DNA of 64,000 nucleotides from an uncultured Dehalococcoidia bacterium (GCA_964588665.1 CAZPQQ010000010.1:1054-65053); one strand, 5' to 3'. Positions 9,351-17,361 are shown, counted from the stretch's first letter. Notes: generated from the letters alone by a model not told the origin. Made by a program: numbers and translations.

Positions 9351-10301
9351 CTACCCCGTCACAATCGCTCTGATCTCGTCGCGTTCCGTTGGCGACATCT
9401 CCCACTCGGCGGCTTTGACGTTCTGCTCGATCTCTTCCGGCTTCCGGGTTCCGACCAGCGCCACGCTCACGACTTCCTCCGCGATCACCCAAGCGAGTGC
9501 GAGCTGGGCCACGGTCATGCCTTTGGACGCGGCCAGTTCCTTGAGCGTGTCCACCTTGCGTAGGTTCTCGAGGAACGTCTCCCCTTCGAAGATAGGCTGA
9601 CCGAAAGCCCTCAGGCTTCGACGCCAGTCGTCGTCCTCGAAGGTGGTTTCCGGCGTCATCGCTCCGGTGAGGAGACCGTGCGCCAGGGGCCCATAGGCCA
9701 TCATGCCGAGTCCGTTTTCACGACAGAACGGCATGATCTCCGCTTCGGTCCGGAAGTCGAACAGGTGGTAGCCGACTTGGTTCGTCACGATTGGGAATGT
9801 GTCGAGCGCCTCGCGCATCTGCTCGGGACTGAAGTTGCTGACGCCGCCGTGGCGGATCTTCCCGTCACGCTGGAAATCGGTGAACGTCTCCATCGGCTCG
9901 GAAAATGGCCGCGATTCGTCGGGCCAGTGGATCAGGTACAGGTCGAGGCAGTCTGTCTGCAGATTGCGGAGGCTGTCCTCCAGACCGCTGGTCAGGTGCT
10001 CCCGCGAGCTGTTCCGCCCAGACGCTGCGCCCGCGTCTTCCCAGTCGAGACCACCTTTGCTGACCAGGACCACCTGATCGCGCTTTCCTTTCAAAGCCCT
10101 GCCAAGCAGCTTCTCGCCTTCGCCCCAGCCGTACACAGCGGCGGTGTCGAACAGCGTGACGCCCATGTCGATGGCCGTGTGGATGGATCGAATGACCTCG
10201 TCTTCGTCGAACGAGCCGTAGTGGCCGCGACCCATGGGCCAGCCGCCGAAACCGATTATCGACGTGGTCAGATCTGAGTTTCCGAATGTGCGTTGTTTCA
10301 T
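9351..10301 (-). CDS. aldo/keto reductase
   Basis: The MKQRTFGNSDL..IGFGGW..G.. N-terminus and overall layout match the AKR family. Start placed at ATG 10301 with GAGGAG 4 nt upstream, rather than the ORF-track start at 10370. Confidence 0.88.
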   Translation of the reverse strand: MKQRTFGNSDLTTSIIGFGGWPMGRGHYGSFDEDEVIRSIHTAIDMGVTLFDTAAVYGWGEGEKLLGRALKGKRDQVVLVSKGGLDWEDAGAASGRNSSREHLTSGLEDSLRNLQTDCLDLYLIHWPDESRPFSEPMETFTDFQRDGKIRHGGVSNFSPEQMREALDTFPIVTNQVGYHLFDFRTEAEIMPFCRENGLGMMAYGPLAHGLLTGAMTPETTFEDDDWRRSLRAFGQPIFEGETFLENLRKVDTLKELAASKGMTVAQLALAWVIAEEVVSVALVGTRKPEEIEQNVKAAEWEMSPTERDEIRAIVTG

Positions 10302-10341
10302 GGTTCTCCTCGATGGGTGATGCTCAGTTTGCGACCGGTGC

Positions 10342-10377
10342 GAAAGGGACCAAAGGGACGTAAGGGACAAAAGGGGC
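10342..10377. repeat. 4 x 9-bp periodic repeat (NNAAGGGAC), reverse complement of the 8372-8407 type
   Basis: Units are gaaagggac caaagggac gtaagggac aaaaggggc. It lies 41-76 nt upstream of the AKR start codon, which is on the minus strand. Confidence 0.8.
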
Positions 10378-10448
10378 CGTCCTGTGCCAGCGTCCCAGCT
10401 CGAAAGTTCGTTGCACTAATCGAGCAGTGTGCTGAGGCATACTTGTGG

Positions 10449-10582
10449 TTCGACAAGCTCACCACGAACGGTTGAGGATCGGCTCGCAGACTGTTGTCGT
10501 CATTCTACCCGCCAACGGAGAAATCCACATCAAATCCGTTCGCCCCTTCGGTAGACTCAGGGCGGGCTCTGAGCCTGTCGAA
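10449..10582. repeat. nested inverted-repeat element (second repeat type)
   Basis: TTCGACAAGCTC (10449-10460) pairs with GAGCCTGTCGAA (10571-10582), matching 11 of 12. Nested inside, CGAACGG (10465-10471) pairs with CCGTTCG (10536-10542). Intergenic. Confidence 0.55.
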
Positions 10583-10658
10583 GGGCCGCTGATGAGCCAC
10601 ACCCGTTGGGTTGGTTCTCGAGACGATCCCGGGAAAATCGATCTCGCTTTTCGAATGG

Positions 10659-11204
10659 TCAGAGCGGGTCCGCGTCGATCAGCACCGCGGCCAGAACAGC
10701 TGTCTCCGTTCCGTAGTTGACCCAGGCGTGGTTCGTGCCACGCTGGATGACGACGTCGAACGGTTTGAGATCGACCTGGTCTTCGTCCAGGAGCATCGTC
10801 ACCTCGCCGCTCAGCAGGATGATGTAATCCACGGTAAGCGTCTCGTGCATGCCAGGGTGCCGAGTGGTGTCGCGACGAATGCGGACGGCGTCCGCGCGAT
10901 CGGCTTCGTTCATCGTGTCCAGCCTGGCCGCCTGCTGTGCGTTGCGCTCTTCGAAAGACGGCAGTGTGCTCTCCGGCGCCACTCGGAAATATCGGAACTT
11001 CGATCCTTCCGCCGACGGCTCCAGACGAACCGGACGGTCCGCAGCATCGCCCGGAATCGAGTTGTCCGCGGGCGTGGAGTCGGTGGCCCACATCTCGAGC
11101 AGCGTCCCCCGGGCGGCTTCGGGTCCGGGCGGACCGTCAATCGCGACGATCGACCGCCCGTTTTCGTCGAATCCGGTGACGACGCGCCTGTATTGATCAG
11201 CCAT
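10659..11204 (-). CDS. cupin domain protein
   Basis: 181 aa with a C-terminal cupin barrel segment (DYIILLSGEVTMLLD...VVIQRGTNHAW). Confidence 0.7.
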   Translation of the reverse strand: MADQYRRVVTGFDENGRSIVAIDGPPGPEAARGTLLEMWATDSTPADNSIPGDAADRPVRLEPSAEGSKFRYFRVAPESTLPSFEERNAQQAARLDTMNEADRADAVRIRRDTTRHPGMHETLTVDYIILLSGEVTMLLDEDQVDLKPFDVVIQRGTNHAWVNYGTETAVLAAVLIDADPL

Positions 11205-11261
11205 AAGTTCTTGTATCCTCTCATGTTAGTGGGGGTCAGTCAGGTTGGCAGCCCGGCTCTC

Positions 11262-12671
11262 TCAGTCCAGACCCGCTGGCCGCCGCTCGAAGAGCCGTGC
11301 GCTCTGTTCGTACGTGTACGCCGCGCGGAACACCGACGGCTCGTCGAACGGCTTGCCCGCGATCTGCAATCCGACTGGTAGGCCCGCCGGGGTGAAACCG
11401 CATGGGACCGATATCGCCGGCATGCCTGTCAGGTTGTAGGGACCCGTGAAGCTGGGCGTGCGGGTAGTCGTCCACGTGCTGGTCCCGTCGAACCGGGTTG
11501 GCGGGTTCGACATCGTCGGCGAGGCGATCACGTCGACGTCCTGCAGCACCGAGGCGAACTCGCTCTTGAGCGCCTTGCGCACCCGTTGCGCTTGCACGTA
11601 GTCTCCTCCGCTGTACAGGCCGCCCATCCGGAACCGAGCTCGCACCATGTCTCCGAATTCCTCGGGGCGCGCGACCAGGTTCTTCCTGTGATAGGCGAAC
11701 GCCTCACTCAACATGATCGTCTGTTGTGCGGCGCCTGCATGCGCCAGCATGGGGACTTCGACGTCGACCAGCACGGCGCCGAGCTCTTCGAGCGTCCCGA
11801 GCGCGGCTTCGACCGCGGCCAGCACATCCTTGTCGATGGACTCGTCGTCGGCGAAGAAGAAGTGCCGCGGGACTCCCACTGTCATGCCCGCGATGTCTTC
11901 GACCAGCGACTCTGAGTAGTCGGGAACGGGAGCGCGGCTGCTGGTCGGGTCCAGGGGATCGTGTCCGGTGATCGCCTGAAGCATCAGCGCCGCGTCCTCG
12001 ACCGTCCACGTCAGCGGTCCGCAATGGTCCAGCGTCCAACTCAACGGCAGCACTCCGAACCTGCTCACACGCCCGTATGTCGCCTTGATTCCGACGACGC
12101 TGCAGTGCGATGCCGGTCCGCGTATCGAGCCGCCGGTGCACGACCCCAGAGTGCCCATCGCGAGCCCTGCGGCCGTCGCTGCTCCCGAACCCGAGCTTGA
12201 GCCGCCGGGGATGTAGTCGAGGTTCCAGGGATTGCGTGCCAACGGGAATCCGTTGCTGGGGTCGGGGCCGCCCAGGGCGAATTCGTGCATCGCGAGCTTG
12301 CCTAGCAGCACCGTTCCCGCCGCCGCCAGCCTGTTCGTCGTGGTGGCGTCCACGTCTGGCACTCGATCAGCGAGCACCTTGGAACTGCCCGTGGTGCGGA
12401 CTCCTTTGGTGTCGTATAGGTCCTTGAGAGCTATCGGAATGCCATGGAGCGGCCCTCGGTAGTCGCCGCGCAGTATTTCCGCTTCGGCCTTGCGGGCGTC
12501 GCTCATCGCGCTCTCGGGCATCAGGGTGATGTAGGCTTGGAGGGTCGCGTCGAGAAGCTCGATGCGGTCGAGAAACGCTCGAGTCAACTCCACGGGCGAG
12601 AGCTCGCCCTCGCGCAGAAGTTCGGCGGCTTCGCCGATGCTCAGATAGCACAGATCAGTTGCATCGGTCAT
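11262..12671 (-). CDS. amidase-signature family amidase (GatA/AtzE-like)
   Basis: 469 aa with the GGSSSGSGAATAAG signature and KDLYDTKG..TT context. No gatB is adjacent. Its start overlaps the stop of the upstream 71-aa ORF (ATGA). Confidence 0.88.
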   Translation of the reverse strand: MTDATDLCYLSIGEAAELLREGELSPVELTRAFLDRIELLDATLQAYITLMPESAMSDARKAEAEILRGDYRGPLHGIPIALKDLYDTKGVRTTGSSKVLADRVPDVDATTTNRLAAAGTVLLGKLAMHEFALGGPDPSNGFPLARNPWNLDYIPGGSSSGSGAATAAGLAMGTLGSCTGGSIRGPASHCSVVGIKATYGRVSRFGVLPLSWTLDHCGPLTWTVEDAALMLQAITGHDPLDPTSSRAPVPDYSESLVEDIAGMTVGVPRHFFFADDESIDKDVLAAVEAALGTLEELGAVLVDVEVPMLAHAGAAQQTIMLSEAFAYHRKNLVARPEEFGDMVRARFRMGGLYSGGDYVQAQRVRKALKSEFASVLQDVDVIASPTMSNPPTRFDGTSTWTTTRTPSFTGPYNLTGMPAISVPCGFTPAGLPVGLQIAGKPFDEPSVFRAAYTYEQSARLFERRPAGLD

Positions 12672-12883
12672 CGCGGCGCCTCCGCATCAGGGTCCCAGTT
12701 AGGCTCGAATGAGACTGCCAGATCCCCTTCGCCCAGATCAACGGCGTGAAGCGCGGCCAGATCCGGCAGGACACGGTCCCACATGCCCTTTAGGTCTCGC
12801 GCCTCTTCAACGGTCAACGCGATCCCCGCTCGGGCGCAGAGCACCCCGAACTCCTCCATCGACAATTCGGTTGGATCTGGCAT
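12668..12883 (-). CDS. GatC/AtzG-like small subunit candidate (71 aa)
   Basis: AAGGAGG lies 7 nt upstream of ATG 12883. The stop overlaps the amidase start. The LS.EEF..L...AGI.LT.EEA..L......L.DL..L..VDL pattern resembles GatC. Confidence 0.6.
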   Translation of the reverse strand: MPDPTELSMEEFGVLCARAGIALTVEEARDLKGMWDRVLPDLAALHAVDLGEGDLAVSFEPNWDPDAEAPR

Positions 12884-12940
12884 GTCAATTCCTCCTTGCT
12901 GTATGCACACCCCCGAATCCAGGGTCAACTGACTCCAGTC

Positions 12941-14092
12941 TTACGGGCCTTCTTCGTGATACTGCCTCGGTGAACGTGCGTCGAACGGCCGGTACGGGTA
13001 CGCCGCCAGCTTGTCCTCGTCGAGCTCGATTCCGATGCCGGGCTGGTCGGGCACTTCGATATACCCATCCTCGACTTTGAACGGGTTGATCGCGACGTCC
13101 TCACCGAATTCTTCCAGATTGACGAAGTACTCGGTGATCAGGAAGTTCGGGATCGCCGCCGACACCTGAATTGTGGCCGCCATTCCGACTGTCGTGCTGT
13201 TAAAGTTGTGAGGCGAGACCGCGACGAAGTAGGGCTCCGCCATGGCCGCGATCTCCTTCAACTCAAGGATTCCGCCGACGTTGCAGACATCGGGATTGAT
13301 AATGTCCGCCGCCTGCTTCTCGAAGATCTCTCGGAACTCGAACTTCGTGTACAGCTCCTCGCCCGTGACCACGGGCAAGTTGATGTCGCGTTTCACTGCC
13401 GCGAGCGCATCGACGTTCTCTGCCAAGACCGGTTCTTCGTACCAGAACGGATGGTATCGTTCGATCTCGCGCGCGATCCGGCGTGCATGCATCGGGGCCA
13501 AACGCCGGTGCATCTCGATCAGGATGTCCACGTCCCAGCCGACGGCCTCGCGGACCGCTCTGACGTTTTCGATGGCCGCGTCCTCGACGCCCTTGTCGAC
13601 GTAGGTGCGCCACGGGCCGGGGATCGGGTCGAACTTCATCGCGGTGAAGCCCATCTCGACGACGTGCTGTGCCTTCTCGGCGAGCGCCTCAGGTCCCTGG
13701 CTCCCGCCGCCCCATCCGTTCGCGTACACCCTGATCTTGCTCCGGCAGGCGCCGCCAAGAAGCATGTGCACTGGCATGCCCGCCTTCTTGGCCGTGATGT
13801 CCCACATGGCGTGTTCGATGCCGCTCACGGCGCACCAGAGGTCCATGGCGCCGCGGCGTCCGGCGAAGTCGTCATACACAATCTGCATGAAGTGTTTGAT
13901 GTTTCGGGGATCGCGGCCGATCAGGTAGCGCTTGAGCTGGTCGATGTGCGCGACGACCTGGAGATCGCGGTCGGCCTGCGTATACGCCTCGCCCCAACCG
14001 TGAATCCCTTCATCGGTCTCGACCTTCACGAAGCAAAGGTTCTTGCCCCTGCCGGGGTGGGTGAGGAAGTGTTTGACGTCGGTTATCTGCAT
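12941..14092 (-). CDS. enolase-superfamily dehydratase (D-galactonate dehydratase-like)
   Basis: 383 aa with N-terminus MQITDVK....GKNL.FVKVETDEGI.GWGE and a barrel domain ending in ..PGIGIELDE.., typical of this family. Confidence 0.88.
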   Translation of the reverse strand: MQITDVKHFLTHPGRGKNLCFVKVETDEGIHGWGEAYTQADRDLQVVAHIDQLKRYLIGRDPRNIKHFMQIVYDDFAGRRGAMDLWCAVSGIEHAMWDITAKKAGMPVHMLLGGACRSKIRVYANGWGGGSQGPEALAEKAQHVVEMGFTAMKFDPIPGPWRTYVDKGVEDAAIENVRAVREAVGWDVDILIEMHRRLAPMHARRIAREIERYHPFWYEEPVLAENVDALAAVKRDINLPVVTGEELYTKFEFREIFEKQAADIINPDVCNVGGILELKEIAAMAEPYFVAVSPHNFNSTTVGMAATIQVSAAIPNFLITEYFVNLEEFGEDVAINPFKVEDGYIEVPDQPGIGIELDEDKLAAYPYRPFDARSPRQYHEEGP

Positions 14093-14112
14093 TTGGGCGC
14101 CTCCATGGGGTA

Positions 14113-14196
14113 ATCAGCTGTCCGCTATCAGCATTCAGCTATCAGCAATCAGCACTCAGCACTCAGCACTCAGCCATCAGGGGTCAGCATTTAGCG
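14113..14196. repeat. 12 x 7-bp tandem repeat, consensus (A/C)TCAGCA
   Basis: Units are atcagct gtccgct atcagca ttcagct atcagca atcagca ctcagca ctcagca ctcagcc atcaggg gtcagca tttagcg. It lies 21-104 nt upstream of the dehydratase start at 14092. Confidence 0.9.
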
Positions 14197-14630
14197 TATC
14201 CGGTCGCTGCGGATGCGTTGGATGAATGCGGTCAGCATTTTCTTGACCTCGATGACCTTGGCTGACAATCTTTCGTGATCCGTGTGAGTGAGGTGATTCA
14301 ATTCTCTGGCCAAGAGCAACTGGTACTCAAGCTCGCTGGCCGACCCCAACGCGATCTGAGAAAACGCGCGAGCTCATTATCTCCCCCTCGGCCACAACCC
14401 TCAGAGATATTCGAAGGGACTGAGACAGCCGATCTCCGAACTTGGCTATTGAGACCGTATTTCTCGTTTCGAGGGAACTCAGACGTGGCTTTGTACAAAT
14501 CCAAAGCCAGTTCGTGGCTCTTCCGCCAAACATCAAGGCTTCTGAAATCTCTGGGGCTGGCCCGGTTCAATGTCTCATTCGCAAATCTCAACACCGAAAA
14601 TGCGCCACTATGACCGCGGATGACTGCCAA
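14191..14630 (-). pseudogene. four-helix-bundle protein (23S rRNA intervening-sequence / Avd-like family), frameshifted
   Basis: The DVWRKSHELALDLYKATSEFPRNEKYGLNSQVRRSAVSVPSNISEGCGRG..ELARFL motif is followed by out-of-frame residues. A shift of one base near 14352-14358 restores IALGSASELEYQLLLARELNHL... down to a TAA at 14191-14193. AT-richer than the flanks. Confidence 0.8.
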
Positions 14631-14656
14631 CCGACATCTGAAGCCTGACCGCTACG

Positions 14657-15409
14657 CTACTGCGCCGTCCAGCCGCCGTCCACCACGAGCTCGCTGCCGG
14701 TAACGAACGACGACTCGTCCGACGCGAGATACAGGACGGCGTTGGCGATTTCGATGGGTTGACCGTATCGGCCCATCGGTATTGCCGCAAGCATTTGACC
14801 GTACACCACAGGGTCCGCGCGACGGGGCTCGGTCATTTTCGTGAAGATCGGGCCTGGGTGCACCGAGTTGCACCGGATGCCTTCCTTTGCGTACTGAACG
14901 GCCGTGGTCTTGGTCAGCAGGCGCACAGCAGCCTTTGAGGATTGGTACTGAGGACTGGACATCGGCGAGCCGACGATTCCCATCTGAGAAGATATGTTGA
15001 CGATGGAGCCGCCGCCGGCTTTTCGCAGCTCGGGGATGGCGGTCTTGACGCCGAGGAACACACCTTTGGCGTTGATGTCGAGGACGCGGTCCCACTCTTC
15101 GACAGAAGTGTTTTCGACCAGGCTGTGGCCGCTGACGCCGGCGTTGTTTACGATCACGTTCAGATTGCCGAACCGAGCCACGGTCGCGGCGATGGCTTCT
15201 TGCCAGTTCGACTCGCTGGTGACGTCCAGTCGGACGAACATCGCGTCGCCTCCGCCCTCCTGGATGTCCGCGACGACCTGACGTCCCTCATCTTCCAGCA
15301 GATCGCCGATCGCGACCCTAGCGCCTTCGGCCGAGAGCAGGCGGGCATGAGCCTCTCCGAGGCCTCTGGCTCCCCCGCTGATGAACGCCGTTTTGCCCGC
15401 CATTCTCAT
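14657..15409 (-). CDS. SDR-family oxidoreductase
   Basis: Motifs GKTAFISGGARGLG, NNAG and YQSSKAA. Start placed at ATG 15409, preceded by GGAGGAATTGACC. Confidence 0.88.
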   Translation of the reverse strand: MRMAGKTAFISGGARGLGEAHARLLSAEGARVAIGDLLEDEGRQVVADIQEGGGDAMFVRLDVTSESNWQEAIAATVARFGNLNVIVNNAGVSGHSLVENTSVEEWDRVLDINAKGVFLGVKTAIPELRKAGGGSIVNISSQMGIVGSPMSSPQYQSSKAAVRLLTKTTAVQYAKEGIRCNSVHPGPIFTKMTEPRRADPVVYGQMLAAIPMGRYGQPIEIANAVLYLASDESSFVTGSELVVDGGWTAQ

Positions 15410-15506
15410 GGTCAATTCCTCCGGTCCCAAAAACCCTCCGAAACGCGTCGCCAGTGTAGCACAGCGATCTGACCGACGCGGTTGCCGGACCGGCGCCAAC
15501 GCCCGA

Positions 15507-15536
15507 TTGACGGACGCCGAACGCGGTTGCTAGACT
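15507..15536 (+). promoter_or_regulatory. sigma-70-type promoter candidate
   Basis: TTGACG-N18-TAGACT, ending 34 nt upstream of the ATG at 15570. Confidence 0.45.
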
Positions 15537-15569
15537 CGGCTCAACATCAACTTGGGGAGCGATTCTATT

Positions 15570-15983
15570 ATGACGACGAAGTTTGACCTCGAAGCGCTGT
15601 ATTCAGAACCCAATCTCGGCGTTCTGGCCACGGTTAACCCCGACGGACAGGCGCACGGCATGCCGATCTGGTACCTCTACGAAAACGGAGTGTTCCTCAT
15701 CAGCGCGGGCCGAAAGGCGCAGAAGGTCCGCAACATCGAACGACAGGGCAAGGCGACTCTGATCATCGACCGGCGCGACCTGCCGTACCACGCCGCCATG
15801 ATTCAGGGCCGAGCCGAGATCGGCCCCGGGCTCGACGACGCTGCCCGGCTTCGCCTCGCAACGCGCTACCTCGGCGAAGAGCGAGGCCGCGCGTACAGCG
15901 CCAACTCGTCCGGCTCCGACTCCGCAACGATCACTCTGCACCCTGACAAGGTGATCGAGTACACGGGAACGGCAGGAAACTAG
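15570..15983 (+). CDS. pyridoxamine 5'-phosphate oxidase family (PPOX-class, possibly F420-dependent) protein
   Basis: 137 aa with the NLGVLATVNPDGQAHGMPIWY...G.A.L.ID pattern of the PPOX split-barrel. GGGGAG lies upstream of the ATG. Confidence 0.75.
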   Translation: MTTKFDLEALYSEPNLGVLATVNPDGQAHGMPIWYLYENGVFLISAGRKAQKVRNIERQGKATLIIDRRDLPYHAAMIQGRAEIGPGLDDAARLRLATRYLGEERGRAYSANSSGSDSATITLHPDKVIEYTGTAGN

Positions 15984-16046
15984 CCTTTGGCCGGCGCCAA
16001 CCCCGGATTTGACGGTTGTCTTGGATTCCAACCTGCGCGACTATTC

Positions 16047-16198
16047 GTAGGGGAGGGTTTCAAACCCTCCCGCGGGTTCACGCCTAGAAACACCGTCCGA
16101 CATTTCTGATCAGCATCTCAAGACGACGGAAGCTGCGCTCGCGATACGGCGCTGATACCACGGCGAAGGCATCGGGAGGGTTTGAAACCCTCCCCTAC
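16047..16198. repeat. REP doublet (REPIN-like), copy 2
   Basis: The exact 27-mer is at 16047-16073. Its reverse complement is at 16173-16198 (26 of 27 nt), with a 99-nt spacer. Intergenic. Confidence 0.9.
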
Positions 16199-16233
16199 GG
16201 CTGTGCTGTCGATGCATTCAGCCAGGCACGCGG

Positions 16234-16419
16234 TTAATCTTCGTCAGGCGTGATCTTGGCGATGAGTTGCTCTGCCCATTCGCGGAGAATGTCGTCGAGG
16301 TCGGCGCCGCAGCGGGGGCATTCGACATCGCCGACCCGATATCTCATGCCGCAGCCGGAGCATGGCATCATGCTGTCGAGACTGTTGATCGCCGCCTGAA
16401 TCCGCTCTTCATTCGTCAT
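16234..16419 (-). CDS. small zinc-ribbon protein (61 aa)
   Basis: Contains CSGC-x10-CPRC. The ATG lies 3 nt after the stop of the upstream kinase, and a GAGAG lies inside the kinase 3' end. Confidence 0.55.
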   Translation of the reverse strand: MTNEERIQAAINSLDSMMPCSGCGMRYRVGDVECPRCGADLDDILREWAEQLIAKITPDED

Positions 16420-16422
16420 CGG

Positions 16423-17361
16423 TCACTCTCGTCGGAACTTTTCGAGAACCGCGAACACCTCGTCGCGATGCGGCATGCCGGTTAGCGCGCCGCGGCCCCG
16501 AAGTTTGAGTCCGGCCGTCACCGTACCGAGCCGCGCGGCGTCGCCGAGATCCATTCCGGACAACACGCCGTGGAGGAACCCGCCCTTGAAGGCGTCACCG
16601 GCGGCGGTCGTGTCGATTGGGCCGTCATGTCGGTACGCGGGCACGTCGATTACGCCGTCCTCGGAGCCGATCACCACGCCCAGTTCGCCTCGGGTCACGG
16701 CCACGACCGGGACGCCCTTGTCTCGGAAATATCGGACCGTCTCGTGCGCGTCGTCCGTGCCCAGGAGTACGCTGGAGTCGGCCGGCGCGCCGGGGAGCAT
16801 GTAGTCGACGTACGGCAGGACTTCTTCCATGGCTTCGCGGGCCTCGTCGTGGCTCCAGAGCTGGTGGCGGTAGTTGGGATCGTACGAAACCGCCACGCCT
16901 TTGTCTTTGCCGATCTGCGCAGCCTTCAGCACCGTCGCTCTCGCGCTTGACGAGATCGCCTGAGTGATCCCACTGAGATGCTGAATCTTGGCGGCGCCTA
17001 TGTACTCGGAATCGAGATCGTCCGGATGCATCGTGCTCGGGGCGCTGCCCTTGCGATAGTAAACGAACTCGCGCTCTCCGCCTGGCAGCAGGGCCACGAA
17101 GTGCATCGCATTGAATCCGGGGACGGTCTTTACCGCCGTCGTATCGATGCCCTCGTTCTTCCACGTGTTCAGCAGATAGCCCGCGAAGGCGTCGTCGCCG
17201 AGCCTGGTGATGTAGCCGGTGCTGGTTCCCAGACGTTGGGCGGCCACCAGCAGGTTGAAGCTGTCCCCCGCCAGTGAACGCGTGAACGTGTCCGCTTCCT
17301 CGATCGGTTGGTCCGAGAACAGCTCGACCATGCACTCGCCGATGCTCAACAGGTCAGGCAT
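16423..17361 (-). CDS. PfkB-family sugar kinase (2-dehydro-3-deoxygluconokinase-like)
   Basis: 312 aa with PfkB signature DTTAAGDAF near the C-terminus and an N-terminal ..GECMVEL.. segment as in KdgK. Confidence 0.85.
   Translation of the reverse strand: MPDLLSIGECMVELFSDQPIEEADTFTRSLAGDSFNLLVAAQRLGTSTGYITRLGDDAFAGYLLNTWKNEGIDTTAVKTVPGFNAMHFVALLPGGEREFVYYRKGSAPSTMHPDDLDSEYIGAAKIQHLSGITQAISSSARATVLKAAQIGKDKGVAVSYDPNYRHQLWSHDEAREAMEEVLPYVDYMLPGAPADSSVLLGTDDAHETVRYFRDKGVPVVAVTRGELGVVIGSEDGVIDVPAYRHDGPIDTTAAGDAFKGGFLHGVLSGMDLGDAARLGTVTAGLKLRGRGALTGMPHRDEVFAVLEKFRRE

Noticed and set aside
8553-9563. Long antisense or out-of-frame ORFs. Examples are 8553-9563 (+), 13208-14113 (+), 28028-29119 (-), 28384-29313 (+), 36236-37108 (-), 41548-42702 (-), 43758-44801 (+) and 1371-2300 (-).
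   Set aside because: Each overlaps a gene with clear family signatures on the other strand or in another frame. All have the Arg/Pro/Gly-rich composition of GC-rich shadow ORFs.
10293-10475. A 60-aa ORF with the collagen-like KGPKGRKGQKG, and a 60-aa ORF at 14043-14225 with LSAISIQLSAISTQHSALS.
   Set aside because: Both are translations of the 9-bp and 7-bp tandem DNA repeats. Neither has an SD, and both overlap the upstream regions of real genes.
12884-12897. An identical 12-mer, GGAGGAATTGAC, immediately upstream of two start codons (12883 and 15409).
   Set aside because: Most of the identity is the SD consensus itself. The remaining 6-7 nt are too short to exclude chance, and there is no extended similarity beyond them.
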